A stretch of 64,000 nt of DNA from Spirochaetia bacterium (GCA_963662795.1 OY759746.1:3360001-3424000), one strand, 5' to 3'. Shown: positions 46,315 to 57,221, counted from the stretch's first letter. The notes: generated by a model not told the origin, from the sequence alone. Numbers and translations are program-made.

Positions 46315-48690
46315 TCAGTAAGGCCATACCCAGTCTTTTATCTCACTCATGTCATCTCCGTGTTTTTCAATATATTCCTTGTGTGTAATAAGAATGTCCC
46401 TCATTTCCTGTTTGACATGGGCTCCTGTTTTGTCAAGTGCAGGAAGCCGGTCAATTACATCCATAACAAGGTGAAACCGGTCAAGGTCATTCATTACAAC
46501 CATATCAAAAGGCGTAGTGGTAGTCCCTTCTTCCTTGTACCCCCTGACATGAAGATTTTTATGATTTGTTCTTCTGTAGGTAAGTCTGTGAATAAGCCAG
46601 GGGTAGCCGTGGAAAGCAAATATTACAGGTTTATCCTTTGTAAAGATGGAATCAAAATTCTTGTCTGAAAGGCCGTGCGGATGTTCGCTCTCAGGCTGCA
46701 GGGTCATGAGGTCAACAACATTTACTACCCTTACCTTAAGATCAGGAAAATTCTGTCTTAAGATATCTACTGCCGCCAGGGTCTCCATGGTAGGGATATC
46801 GCCGCAGCATCCCATTACAACATCAGGCTCAGCTCCCCCGTCGTTGCTTGCCCATTTCCAGATTCCTATACCTGCGCTGCAGTGTTTGATTGCGCTGTCC
46901 ATATCCAAAAACTGAAGCGCGTTCTGTTTACCTGCGACAATTACATTTATGTAATCCCGGCTTTTAAGGCAATGGTCTGTAACCGACAGCAGTGTGTTGG
47001 CGTCAGGCGGAAGATATACGCGGACAATCCCTGCCTTTTTATTGATAACGTGATCAATAAATCCCGGATCCTGATGGCTGAAACCGTTGTGGTCCTGCCT
47101 CCAGACATGGGAGGTAAGGAGATAGTTAAGGGAAGCTATCGGTCTCCGCCAGGGGATTTCCCTTGTAACCTTAAGCCATTTGGCGTGCTGGTTGAACATT
47201 GAGTCTATTATGTGGATAAAAGCCTCGTAGCATGAGAAAAACCCGTGTCTTCCTGTAAGGAGGTAACCTTCAAGCCACCCCTGGCACATGTGCTCGCTTA
47301 AAACTTCCATGACCCGGCCGTCAGGCGATATATGTTCATCCTCCGCTATGATTTCTCCTGTTGATACCCTGTCTGTTACTTCGAACAGGGCTGAAAGCCT
47401 GTTCGATGATGTTTCATCAGGGCCCATGATCCTGAAGTTGGCAGCGTCCATATTGAGTTTCATTACATCCCTGAGGAATTTGCCCATTACCTTTGTAGCT
47501 TCTGCATAGGTTGTTCCCGGTTTTTCAACTGCTTCGGCATAATTTCTGAAATCAGGCATCTTGAGATTTTTCATGATGGCGCCGCCGTTCGAGTTTGGAT
47601 TGGCTCCCATTCTTTTATTGCCTTCAGGTGCAAGCTCTTTTAGTTCAGGGATAAGCGCCCCGTTTTCATCAAAGAGTTTTTCCGGCTGATAGCTCTTCAT
47701 CCATTTTTCAAGGATTTTTATATGGTCCGGTTTAGCGGCAAGCTCTGAAAGGGGAACCTGATGGGACCTGAATGAGCCCTCTGTTCTCTTGCCGTCGATA
47801 AATTCAGGACATGTCCATCCCTTTGGCGTTTTAAGTATAATCATCGGCCAGCGGGGTCTTCCCTGATATCCTTCAGTCCGGGCTTTTTTCTGAATCGCCT
47901 TTATTTCCCTGATAGCTTTTTCAGAAATTTCCGCCATCAGTGTGTGTGTTTTTACAGGATCGCTCCCTTCGACATAATAAGGTTTATATCCATAACCTGA
48001 AAACAGCATTTCAAGCTCACTTTGAGGCATTCTGGCAAAAATGGTTGGGTTAGCTATTTTGTAGCCGTTAAGGTGCAGTATAGGCAGCACAGCGCCGTCC
48101 CTGACAGGGTTCAGGAATTTATTTGAATGCCAGCTTGCTGCAAGTGCCCCTGTTTCAGCCTCTCCGTCTCCGACGACACAGCATGCTATAAGGTCAGGGT
48201 TGTCAAAGACAGCCCCGTAGGCATGGAGAACAGCATAACCGAGTTCACCCCCTTCGTGGATAGAACCCGGGGTTTCAGGGGCGACATGGCTTGGTATTCC
48301 GCCGGGGAATGAAAACTGCCTGAAAAGCTTTTTCATCCCTTCCTCGTCCTGTGATATATCGGGACATATTTCGCTGTATGTCCCTTCGAGATAGGTGTTG
48401 GCCACAAGTCCCGGGCCGCCATGACCCGGTCCTGTAATATAAATCATGTCAAGATTATATTTTTTGATCAGCCTGTTAAAATGAACGTATATGAAATTTA
48501 GCCCCGGCGTTGTTCCCCAGTGGCCGAGAAGGCGGGGTTTAATATGTTCAAGTTTAAGCGGTTCCTTAAGGAGGGGGTTATCCAGAAGATAAATCTGTCC
48601 CACCGACAGGTAGTTTGCCGCGTTCCAGTAGGCAATCATTTTATCAAGTTCATTTCCGGAAAGCGCTTTGTTTTTTTTGTTTACTGACAT
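46315..48690 (-). CDS. xfp: Phosphoketolase (xylulose-5-P/fructose-6-P)
   Basis: [67 protein letters not shown]. Confidence 0.95.
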   Translation of the reverse strand: MSVNKKNKALSGNELDKMIAYWNAANYLSVGQIYLLDNPLLKEPLKLEHIKPRLLGHWGTTPGLNFIYVHFNRLIKKYNLDMIYITGPGHGGPGLVANTYLEGTYSEICPDISQDEEGMKKLFRQFSFPGGIPSHVAPETPGSIHEGGELGYAVLHAYGAVFDNPDLIACCVVGDGEAETGALAASWHSNKFLNPVRDGAVLPILHLNGYKIANPTIFARMPQSELEMLFSGYGYKPYYVEGSDPVKTHTLMAEISEKAIREIKAIQKKARTEGYQGRPRWPMIILKTPKGWTCPEFIDGKRTEGSFRSHQVPLSELAAKPDHIKILEKWMKSYQPEKLFDENGALIPELKELAPEGNKRMGANPNSNGGAIMKNLKMPDFRNYAEAVEKPGTTYAEATKVMGKFLRDVMKLNMDAANFRIMGPDETSSNRLSALFEVTDRVSTGEIIAEDEHISPDGRVMEVLSEHMCQGWLEGYLLTGRHGFFSCYEAFIHIIDSMFNQHAKWLKVTREIPWRRPIASLNYLLTSHVWRQDHNGFSHQDPGFIDHVINKKAGIVRVYLPPDANTLLSVTDHCLKSRDYINVIVAGKQNALQFLDMDSAIKHCSAGIGIWKWASNDGGAEPDVVMGCCGDIPTMETLAAVDILRQNFPDLKVRVVNVVDLMTLQPESEHPHGLSDKNFDSIFTKDKPVIFAFHGYPWLIHRLTYRRTNHKNLHVRGYKEEGTTTTPFDMVVMNDLDRFHLVMDVIDRLPALDKTGAHVKQEMRDILITHKEYIEKHGDDMSEIKDWVWPY

Positions 48691-48720
48691 TTTTCTCTCC
48701 TTCATTTCTTATAGACGGTT

Positions 48721-50478
48721 TTAAACACTTATTTCACCGAGAAGCATTTTAAGCTCCCTGATCTGGGAGACAAGCTTGCTTCTGTCAAGGTTCTGAAATT
48801 TCTTTGGAACCATTTCCCGGCTTGTGCATTCCACCACAGCGACAAGGTTCTGAAGGTCTATCTCATGGGGATAGGCAGGAGGGACAAAGTCCCTGATTGT
48901 CTCTTCAAGATCGTCCCTTGTGATGATTACATGATTATTCATAGTCGCGGTAAATTTTGCCCGAATCAGAATAGCCTCAAGGTCTGCGCCCGATGAATCG
49001 AATTTGTATTTTTTCAACAGATCTGAAATGGAAATATCCTGCTGAACCTTGATTTTAAGTTTTTTGATAAGTGTATTAAAAAGATCTTCCTTTTCCTCGT
49101 TTGTTTCAGGGTAAAAGAGGGCAAGATGCTCCTCAGCTCTTCCCTGCCGTTTAAGGTCTATCGGGAGCAGGTCAGGACGGCACGTAATCAGAAACCAGAT
49201 AATCTTTCCGCGGTATTCCGTGTTGCCCATAAAGGACGCCAGCTGGGCAAATATCCTGTTGCTTGTTCCTGAATCCCCCTCCTGGTTTCTGTTCCCCAGG
49301 AATGCGTCAGCCTCATCTATAAGAACTCCGACAGGGGCCATGGCTTTTAGAATATTAAGTACCTTTTCAAAGTTTGATTCGCTCACTCCCTGCCATTTGG
49401 ACCTGAAATTCTTAAGCTTGATGATGGGAATCCCGATTTCACCGGCAAAGGCTGTTACCATGAATGATTTTCCTGTGCCGACAGGGCCTGAGACAAGATA
49501 ACCCATCGGCAGAACGTCAAGCCGCCCCTGTTTAATGGCGCGGGCTGCGCTTTTAAAACGTTTTTTCACAAACTCATGTCCTGACACCATTGAAAGATCA
49601 TGTTCGGATTCGACAAATTCAAGAAGCCCTGACGCTTCATTTTCTATTATCTCTTTTTTTCTCTGTTTCAGGTATTCAAGCGATATTGCCCTGTCTTCTT
49701 CGAAAGATTCCGCAGCAAGCTGGTTCAGGTTCATAAGATTAAGCCCGCTTGTGATTTTCGCGACCCTTTCAGGATTGAGGCGGTCTTCAAGAATCAGGGC
49801 ATTCTGCCTGTCAATGAATTTAAGAAAACTTGTCCTCACTTTCTCATCCGGAATCGGGATATTGACCTTTACCGTGGAAGGAGACCTTACAAGGCGGGGG
49901 CTGATGTCGGATAGATTTTCCGTAAGGAGAATCACCGAAATATCTCCTTTTGTGAAGATAGGGTCGTTACTCCATCTGTTAAGGGTAACAAGACAGTACC
50001 TGTCTTCATCGCTCATTCGCGGGATATCGGAGTTTGATATTATGGTTTCCGCATAATCTATAATAAGGATTATCCTTAGTTTTTTCGGCAGGTTTAAAAG
50101 GAAATATTTTTCAAGATACTTAAACGCTTTCGAAGGATCTGATGACAGCAGTTCTTCAGCTTCAATATCCGGATAGCTTGATTTCATGATTTTAAGATAA
50201 TCTTTCTGCATATCCTGCGAGCAGAAGTTTATCCCTGAAGACCTGTCGTAAAAGATTATAATATCCTTGTTGCCGAAAAGTACTTCGGATATGAATTCCT
50301 GTATCCTTACAAAAACAAACTCACCCTCATACATCTTGTTTGGAAGAAAATCCCTTATATTGCCGTTAAGAATGTAAAGGTTTGCGGTCTTTGAGCAGTA
50401 TTTGTAGGATAGTTCCTGAGCCCAGGCAGGAAGTATTTTTATAAAAGGTAGATTTTTAACTATAAGCTGTTCTGTCAT
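48721..50478 (-). CDS. AAA+ ATPase with degenerate N-terminal AAA-like domain
   Basis: C-terminal Walker A GPVGTGKS, Walker B IDEAD, SRH RPDLLPIDLKRQGR; N-domain IIDYAE lacks Walker A. Confidence 0.82.
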   Translation of the reverse strand: MTEQLIVKNLPFIKILPAWAQELSYKYCSKTANLYILNGNIRDFLPNKMYEGEFVFVRIQEFISEVLFGNKDIIIFYDRSSGINFCSQDMQKDYLKIMKSSYPDIEAEELLSSDPSKAFKYLEKYFLLNLPKKLRIILIIDYAETIISNSDIPRMSDEDRYCLVTLNRWSNDPIFTKGDISVILLTENLSDISPRLVRSPSTVKVNIPIPDEKVRTSFLKFIDRQNALILEDRLNPERVAKITSGLNLMNLNQLAAESFEEDRAISLEYLKQRKKEIIENEASGLLEFVESEHDLSMVSGHEFVKKRFKSAARAIKQGRLDVLPMGYLVSGPVGTGKSFMVTAFAGEIGIPIIKLKNFRSKWQGVSESNFEKVLNILKAMAPVGVLIDEADAFLGNRNQEGDSGTSNRIFAQLASFMGNTEYRGKIIWFLITCRPDLLPIDLKRQGRAEEHLALFYPETNEEKEDLFNTLIKKLKIKVQQDISISDLLKKYKFDSSGADLEAILIRAKFTATMNNHVIITRDDLEETIRDFVPPAYPHEIDLQNLVAVVECTSREMVPKKFQNLDRSKLVSQIRELKMLLGEISV

Positions 50479-50596
50479 TTCCCCTCTCCACATAAAGATT
50501 AATCCCATAAGTTTTTATAAGTCAATACAGCGCATTAAAATAATTGAATATTAGAGCTTGCGCAGACTGATACGGCATATTAAAGTAGCAATTGTG

Positions 50597-51073
50597 ATGA
50601 ATTTAAATGAAATTGAGTCTATTGATATTTATACAGACGGCGGCTGCTCAGGCAATCCCGGCCCCGGGGGGTGGGGATTTGTGATCCTGTGCGGAGATGA
50701 CGTACTGAAAGGTTCAGGCCGTGACAGAGAGACCACAAACAACAGGATGGAGCTTAAGGCTGTAATAGAAGCGCTCCATTCCTTAAATGAAAAATGCGGC
50801 GGGGTGATGAAGGGATGCGGCCCCATTAGCGTAAGGATCTTTACCGATTCAACTTATGTAAAAAAAGGGATCTCGGAGTGGATCGAAAAATGGGTAAAAA
50901 ACGGCTGGAAAACCACTGATAAAAAAGATGTAAAGAACAGGGAGCTCTGGGTTGAACTTAAAGCCCTGTCAGATTCTTTTAACCCTGAGTGGAAGTGGGT
51001 AAAGGGGCATTCCGGCAATAAATGGAACGAGGAATGCGACCGCCTTGTGAGAGCCGAGATAGACGGCCGCTGA
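50597..51073 (+). CDS. rnhA: Ribonuclease HI
   Basis: YTDGGCSGNPGPGGWG, TTNNRMEL, TDSTYV, WVKGHSG..NEECD. Confidence 0.95.
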   Translation: MNLNEIESIDIYTDGGCSGNPGPGGWGFVILCGDDVLKGSGRDRETTNNRMELKAVIEALHSLNEKCGGVMKGCGPISVRIFTDSTYVKKGISEWIEKWVKNGWKTTDKKDVKNRELWVELKALSDSFNPEWKWVKGHSGNKWNEECDRLVRAEIDGR

Positions 51074-51135
51074 ATGTTTGACAGAGCATGTCTTAATGTA
51101 ACACGGTTAATATTATAAAGAAAGTTATCCGTATT

Positions 51136-51681
51136 TTATTCTGTTACAGGGCCCAGGTATCTGAATGCGGTTCCTCCGTCTGATGTAGTGACGTTTCCTG
51201 AGATATAATAATCAGTACCGTCAAAATTTACCGTTATTGTTCCTCCCGTGATTTCATACACTGTTCCGGTGGCATCCGGAAGAACAAAATTTATAATTAT
51301 ATAGGCATCATCATCGCATCTGAATTGTCCGGCAGCAGGGTCACCGCTGCTGAAATCATAATCATCCTGGGGAAATTCGAATTCTGATGAAAAAAATGTA
51401 ATGGAGATGTATTCCCCTTTGCCGCTGCCAGGTTTGGGATAAAGATTCAGATCTTCAGAAGCTATTGTAATGTAATGTTTGTAAACTCCAGGGAAAGCCC
51501 CTCCGACCTCCCCGTCATTATTTATGTGAAGCTTTGCCATGCTGTATTCACCTCCAGCGATTTTAAGCCAGCTGTCCCCCAGCTCTGTCTCATCAGACCC
51601 GCTGTCGCAGCCTGTAATTAAAAGAACAAAAAGAACTGTAAAAATAAAAATGATTCTTCCTGAAATATTAAATAATTTCAT
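51136..51681 (-). CDS. Hypothetical lipoprotein (start reassigned to ATG 51681)
   Basis: MKLFN...LLITGC signal, acidic beta-rich body; AGGAGG RBS. Confidence 0.72.
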   Translation of the reverse strand: MKLFNISGRIIFIFTVLFVLLITGCDSGSDETELGDSWLKIAGGEYSMAKLHINNDGEVGGAFPGVYKHYITIASEDLNLYPKPGSGKGEYISITFFSSEFEFPQDDYDFSSGDPAAGQFRCDDDAYIIINFVLPDATGTVYEITGGTITVNFDGTDYYISGNVTTSDGGTAFRYLGPVTE

Positions 51682-51763
51682 ATACCGTATCCTCCTGAAA
51701 TTTTCATAAATTCTATGCCCGGGGAGGAGAGTCCAGCTATCGTGGAAATTACGTATTTTTAAG
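51682..51763 (-). promoter_or_regulatory. Promoter/leader paralogous to 4756-4840
   Basis: ATACCGTATCCTCCTGAAA (51682-51700 = 4756-4774) and CAGCTATCGTGGAAATTACGTATTTTTAAG (51734-51763; 27/30 to 4811-4840). Confidence 0.7.
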
Positions 51764-51868
51764 GTTTTCAGTAAAATATTTTGCTGCTGAGGAACTGTTT
51801 CCGTCTGTTTGCAGTCTGACTGAATCAATTTTAGTGATTAGTGAGTATATGAACCTGAAAGGGCTGTC

Positions 51869-53428
51869 ATGAATATAATAAGCTACTGTCCCGGCGGGTT
51901 TGAAGGTGATATCGTAAGCGTAGAGGCCGACCTTAGGACAGGTATTCCCGGGGTAGACCTGGTCGGAATGCCGGATACCGCGGTGCGTGAGTCGATAGAG
52001 CGGGTGAGGATAGCGATAAAAAACTCTTCCTTCGATTTTCCCGGAAAACGGATTGTCGTAAATCTGGCACCGGCGGGGATCAAAAAAGAAGGGGCCTCCT
52101 TTGACCTGCCTATTGCGGTTTCAATACTGCAGAAAACAGGGCTTTTCGGAGACAACAGCCCCCGATCAGTCATGGTACTGGGCGAACTTCAGCTTTCAGG
52201 CATAATCCGCCCCGTAAAGGGTGTGCTCTCGGCAGTTATAGCGGGGGAAAGGGAGAAAACATTTGCCTATATAGTGCCGCAAGGCAATATAGAAGAGGCC
52301 TCCTCCTCGCGGGCTGACAGGATTTATCCGTGCAGATCTCTTTCAGATGCTGTTGAGCTGCTTAAGAATTTAACTGAAAACAGATTCCCTTTAATGCCGG
52401 AAATTGCTGCATCCCCCACATCTGGAGAATCAATGCGGCAGAAATACCATGCCGCCGACAGCGAACCCCTGTCGGATATTAGAGGGCATGAGTACCTTAA
52501 AAAAGCTCTTTGTGTTGCAGCGGCAGGGATGCACAACCTGCTTCTGTTCGGTCCTCCGGGAAGCGGAAAAACTCTGGCCGGCTCCCGGCTTGTCTCTCTG
52601 CTTCCCGACCTTGACCTTGAAGACTCCATCGAAGTTACGAGGATCTATTCTCTTGCAGGCCTTTTAAAACAGGGGACAGGACTTATAAAGCGTCCTCCCT
52701 GCCGCTCTCCTCACCATACATCCTCCATGGAAGGGCTTATAGGCGGAGGAAGGATAATAAAGCCGGGTGAGATTTCGCTTGCCCACAAGGGGGTCCTTTT
52801 TCTGGATGAAACCCCTGAGTTCCGCAAAAGCATCCTGCAGTGCCTTAGAGAGCCCTCGGAGAGAGGCAGGGTCGACCTTGCCCGCGCCGGAAAAAACTGC
52901 TGGTTCCCCGCCGATTTTCAGCTTATTCTTGCAGCAAACCCCTGTCCCTGCGGCAACAGGGGAAAGGATGACTCGGTGTGCCTCTGCAGCGATATAGATA
53001 TATACAGGTACTGGAAAAAGGTGGGAGGCGCGCTCCTTGACAGGATAGATATCAGAGTCCCTGTAATGCCTGTTGATGCTGATATAATATCCGGCAGCAA
53101 GCCGGAGGAAAGTATTGATTACAGGAGCATGGTGCGCAATTCCACTGAAATACAAACTGAAAGGTATAAAGGGAAGCCTTTCAAGCGCAACAGCCGCATC
53201 CCCGCTGGAGAATGCGTTAATTTTATACAGCTTCAGGAGAGGAGCAGGGAGATCCTTTCAAAAGCTGTGAAGAAGTTTTCCTTTTCTTCCCGGGCAGTTC
53301 ATTCAGTCATGAAGATAGCGCGCACCTGCGCCGATATCAAGGGAAACACCTCTATTGTAATCGATCATGACAGCCTGCTTGAAGCTATACAATTGAGGCG
53401 CTATGGCGACAGGGATTTTTTCTGGTAG
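51869..53428 (+). CDS. comM: YifB/ComM Mg-chelatase-like AAA ATPase
   Basis: NLAPA.IKKEG.SFDLPIA, GPPGSGKT, RSPHHT, PGEISLAHKGVLFLDE, ANPCPCG, LLDRIDI. Confidence 0.88.
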   Translation: MNIISYCPGGFEGDIVSVEADLRTGIPGVDLVGMPDTAVRESIERVRIAIKNSSFDFPGKRIVVNLAPAGIKKEGASFDLPIAVSILQKTGLFGDNSPRSVMVLGELQLSGIIRPVKGVLSAVIAGEREKTFAYIVPQGNIEEASSSRADRIYPCRSLSDAVELLKNLTENRFPLMPEIAASPTSGESMRQKYHAADSEPLSDIRGHEYLKKALCVAAAGMHNLLLFGPPGSGKTLAGSRLVSLLPDLDLEDSIEVTRIYSLAGLLKQGTGLIKRPPCRSPHHTSSMEGLIGGGRIIKPGEISLAHKGVLFLDETPEFRKSILQCLREPSERGRVDLARAGKNCWFPADFQLILAANPCPCGNRGKDDSVCLCSDIDIYRYWKKVGGALLDRIDIRVPVMPVDADIISGSKPEESIDYRSMVRNSTEIQTERYKGKPFKRNSRIPAGECVNFIQLQERSREILSKAVKKFSFSSRAVHSVMKIARTCADIKGNTSIVIDHDSLLEAIQLRRYGDRDFFW

Positions 53429-53523
53429 CGCTCATACCGTTCCCTGTGATTTTAAATATTTTTATAACCAAACATCTCATAATTCTCTTGAATGATAGAG
53501 TGTGAATTATTTATATTATAAAT

Positions 53524-54738
53524 ATGAAACTATATTCCCGCGGACAGGTCTTTTTTTACTCAGTAACAAGCGCAGTTGTTCTGTTCCTTTTTCTCATAGG
53601 ATTCGGCGTAATCAGGATAACTCCGCAAAAGAGCGTATCTTCAGATAAGCAGGATATCGTAAAAGAAGATGATTTTATCTATCAGACTCAGGCCCTGAAG
53701 GATGATCTTGTAAATGTAAATGATTCAGGGCAGTATCTGCCGGATGAACTGGAAAACATAAAGATATATCAGCAGCTCAATGAAGCAGTTGTAAATATTT
53801 CGATTGAAGTAGTAACACTTAACTGGTTTCTTGAGCCTGTACCCCAGCAGGGAGGCAGCGGTTCCGGCGCGATAATAGACAAAAGGGGTTTTATCCTTAC
53901 CAATAAACATGTGGTTGAAAACGCCTACAAGGTGTTTGTAACCCTTGCCGACGGAACCCAGTTTGACGGAAATGTCATCGGCATAGATACTGAGAATGAT
54001 CTTGCTGTTGTAAAAATAGAACCGGGTGATAAAAAACTGGTTACGATTCCCATGGGCGATTCATCAAAGCTTCTTGTAGGCCAGAAAGTTCTTGCCATAG
54101 GAAACCCTTTCGGTTATGAAAGAACGCTTACAACAGGCGTTATATCGGGACTGGGCCGGCCGGTTCAGCCAAGTTCAAGCAGCGGCTACATTGTTAAAGA
54201 CATGATCCAGACAGACGCATCCATCAATCCCGGCAACTCAGGCGGACCTATGATAAATTCACGCGGTGAGATGATAGGCATTAACACAATGATATATTCT
54301 CCTTCCGGCGGTTCAATCGGTATCGGGTTCGCGGTACCAGTAAACACGGCAAGAAGGGTTGTTCCTGATCTTATTAAATACGGCAAGGTGAAAAGGGGCT
54401 GGATTGCGATAGAACCTGTCCAGATTTTTCCTGAACTGGTGAGATATGCGTCCCTCCCTGTGGAGAAAGGTATTCTTGTCTCTAAAACAGCACCGGGAAG
54501 CAAAGCTGAAAAGGCAGGGCTTAGGGGGGGTAAGGAACCTGTGAGGTACGGCAGGTCAACCTTCTATGTTGGCGGCGATATCATTATTGAGACAGACGGA
54601 CTTGCTGTAAATTCTCTGGCTGATTTTTACAGCGCGCTTGAGGATAATAAACCCGGTGAGGTTGTAAAGGTGAAAATTGTAAGGGGAAAAAGGGAGCTTG
54701 AACTTTCCATTGAACTTGAGGAAAGACAAAAGGATTAA
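53524..54738 (+). CDS. HtrA/DegP-family serine protease with one PDZ domain
   Basis: GSG, LTNKHVV, NDLAV, AIGNPFG, IQTDASINPGNSGG; N-terminal TM. Confidence 0.93.
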   Translation: MKLYSRGQVFFYSVTSAVVLFLFLIGFGVIRITPQKSVSSDKQDIVKEDDFIYQTQALKDDLVNVNDSGQYLPDELENIKIYQQLNEAVVNISIEVVTLNWFLEPVPQQGGSGSGAIIDKRGFILTNKHVVENAYKVFVTLADGTQFDGNVIGIDTENDLAVVKIEPGDKKLVTIPMGDSSKLLVGQKVLAIGNPFGYERTLTTGVISGLGRPVQPSSSSGYIVKDMIQTDASINPGNSGGPMINSRGEMIGINTMIYSPSGGSIGIGFAVPVNTARRVVPDLIKYGKVKRGWIAIEPVQIFPELVRYASLPVEKGILVSKTAPGSKAEKAGLRGGKEPVRYGRSTFYVGGDIIIETDGLAVNSLADFYSALEDNKPGEVVKVKIVRGKRELELSIELEERQKD

Positions 54739-54816
54739 AAGGACCTGCTTTGATTAAATATAAAATATCATCATATTCCCGGCCGGCAGAAGAAAGAACC
54801 ATGAGGCAAATAACAC

Positions 54817-56802
54817 TTGAATAAATTTAAAGTCGCAGCTGAATTCGAACCTGCAGGTGATCAGATAACAGCAATAGAATCGCTATCCGCCGGGATAAAA
54901 TCAGGGTCCAGGATACAGACGCTGAAAGGTGTAACAGGTTCCGGTAAGACCTTTACAATGGCCAAAATAATAGAAAATGTCAACAAACCTGTGCTTGTCC
55001 TTTCGCATAACAAAACACTTGCGGCGCAGCTTTACAGGGAATTTACAGATTTTTTCCCTGATAACGCGGTTGAGTATTTTGTCTCTTATTATGATTATTA
55101 TCAGCCTGAAGCCTATGTACCGTCCAAGGATTTATATATAGAAAAGGACGCGTCAATTAATGACGAGATTGAGCGGCTGCGTCTGTCCGCGACATCAGCG
55201 CTGCTTGACAGAAAAGATGTAATAATTGTTTCAACAGTTTCGTGCATTTACGGGCTGGGCGATCCGAATTCATATAAAAACATGAAGTACCGTTTCCAGG
55301 AAGGGACAACCCTGGATACTTCGGAAATGGCAAGATATTTGATAACGATGCAGTATGAGAGAAACGATGTTACTCCTGTGAGGGGATGCTTCAGAATAAG
55401 GGGAGAGATAATAGAAATATTTCCCTCATACATGAAAAACGGCTACAGGATTGAGCTTGACTGGGAAAAGATTGTAAAAATAAACGAATTCAATCCTGTT
55501 ACAGGCGAGATGTCTTCTGATTTTGATTTTATCACCCTTTATCCGGCGAAGCATTTCGTCGTACCGGAAGATCAGCTTAAAACTGCTGTGGTAAGGATAA
55601 AAGACGAACTTGCCCAAAGGTATCAGCAGCTTACCGCCGAAGGAAAGCTTGTCGAAGCCCAGAGGATAAAAACAAGAACTGAATATGATATCGAGATGCT
55701 TGAAGAAATGGGGTACTGCAACGGGATAGAAAATTATTCACGGCATATCGCCGGAAGGGCAGAAGGGGAAAGACCGGCGGTGCTGCTTGATTATTTTTCT
55801 GATGATTTTATAACATTTGTGGACGAATCCCATGTAACACTTTCCCAGGTAAGGGCGATGTTTGAGGGCGACAGATCAAGAAAACTAAACCTGGTGAATC
55901 ACGGTTTCCGTCTGCCTTCTGCGCTTGACAACAGGCCTCTGTTCTACGATGAGTTTAATTCCATAATCAATCAGGTGATTTTTGTATCTGCAACTCCGGG
56001 CAAAGAGGAAAAAGCAAGATCCGAAAGGTTTGTTGAGCAGATAATCAGGCCGACCGGGCTCCTTGATCCCGAGATTGAAATTCTGCCGACAAAAGGGCAG
56101 ATTGAACATCTCTACGGCGAAATAAAAAAAAGAATTGAAAACAATGAACGGACTTTGATTACAACACTGACCAAAAGGATGGCAGAGGATTTAACCGCTT
56201 ACTTTGTTGAAACAGGACTTAAGGTAAGATATCTTCACTCTGAGATTGAAACATTTGAGAGAGTCGAAATACTTCGCGATCTCAGGGCCGGCGTAACTGA
56301 TGTAATTATTGGAATAAACCTTTTACGGGAAGGTCTAGATTTACCCGAAGTTTCACTCATCGCGATAATGGATGCGGACAAGATCGGATTTCTCCGCTCT
56401 TCCACATCATTGATTCAGACCATAGGAAGGGCGGCAAGAAATGTAAACGGCAGGGTTATCATGTTTGCCGACAAGATTACAGATGCCATGAAAGAAGCGA
56501 TTGAAGAAACACAGCGCAGAAGGGAAATCCAGAACAGTTATAATCTTCAGCACGGGATAACCCCTCTTACAATAAAAAAATCGATTCAGGATATTTTAAA
56601 ACGAAAAATTGAAGAGAAGAAAAAAAGCAGCGAACTTGATGTGGAAATTATCAAGAGCAGATATAACATTATTAATAAAATCGATAAAAAGAAACTAATC
56701 AGGGAACTTGAAGCTGTAATGCTTGAACACGCCAAAAATCTTGATTTTGAAGATGCTGCTTTTGTACGGGATGAAATAATAAAACTTAAAGATACTGAAT
56801 GA
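54817..56802 (+). CDS. uvrB: Excinuclease ABC subunit B
   Basis: GVTGSGKT, FVSYYDYYQPEAY, DESH, SATPG, GINLLREGLD, QTIGRAARN, C-terminal UVR domain. Confidence 0.96.
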   Translation: MNKFKVAAEFEPAGDQITAIESLSAGIKSGSRIQTLKGVTGSGKTFTMAKIIENVNKPVLVLSHNKTLAAQLYREFTDFFPDNAVEYFVSYYDYYQPEAYVPSKDLYIEKDASINDEIERLRLSATSALLDRKDVIIVSTVSCIYGLGDPNSYKNMKYRFQEGTTLDTSEMARYLITMQYERNDVTPVRGCFRIRGEIIEIFPSYMKNGYRIELDWEKIVKINEFNPVTGEMSSDFDFITLYPAKHFVVPEDQLKTAVVRIKDELAQRYQQLTAEGKLVEAQRIKTRTEYDIEMLEEMGYCNGIENYSRHIAGRAEGERPAVLLDYFSDDFITFVDESHVTLSQVRAMFEGDRSRKLNLVNHGFRLPSALDNRPLFYDEFNSIINQVIFVSATPGKEEKARSERFVEQIIRPTGLLDPEIEILPTKGQIEHLYGEIKKRIENNERTLITTLTKRMAEDLTAYFVETGLKVRYLHSEIETFERVEILRDLRAGVTDVIIGINLLREGLDLPEVSLIAIMDADKIGFLRSSTSLIQTIGRAARNVNGRVIMFADKITDAMKEAIEETQRRREIQNSYNLQHGITPLTIKKSIQDILKRKIEEKKKSSELDVEIIKSRYNIINKIDKKKLIRELEAVMLEHAKNLDFEDAAFVRDEIIKLKDTE

Positions 56803-57221
56803 CATATTTTACAAAATATTATATTATCTGTTTTATGAAAAATCCTCTTATCCATTTTGCCCTGCCTCTTTTTGTAATATTGTTTTTTGCATCATGTTCA
56901 AAAAAAGAACAGATAGCCATAATAGATCTTCCCGCGACCCAGGTTCTTGAACAGAATACAAATTTCGCAATTATTACATCTTCACATTTAAGGCTCAGGG
57001 AGGAACCTTCCATCAAGGCAAAGGCAATAACTACACTCTGGAAAGGATATGTACTTGAAATAATCTCAAGATCTACCAAAAAAGAGATTGTCGAAGGTTA
57101 TGAGAATTACTGGTATCAGATAAACTATGACGGTCTTCGGGGATGGATATTCGGAGCCTATATCAGGGTCTTTCCAACAATTGAAAAAGCGCGGGAAGCT
57201 TCAAAAACCATGCAGCAGTAA
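56799..57221 (+). CDS. SH3-domain lipoprotein (true start may be ATG ~56835)
   Basis: FFASC lipobox, LRLREEPS, WYQI...GWIFGAY. Confidence 0.78.
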   Translation: MTYFTKYYIICFMKNPLIHFALPLFVILFFASCSKKEQIAIIDLPATQVLEQNTNFAIITSSHLRLREEPSIKAKAITTLWKGYVLEIISRSTKKEIVEGYENYWYQINYDGLRGWIFGAYIRVFPTIEKAREASKTMQQ

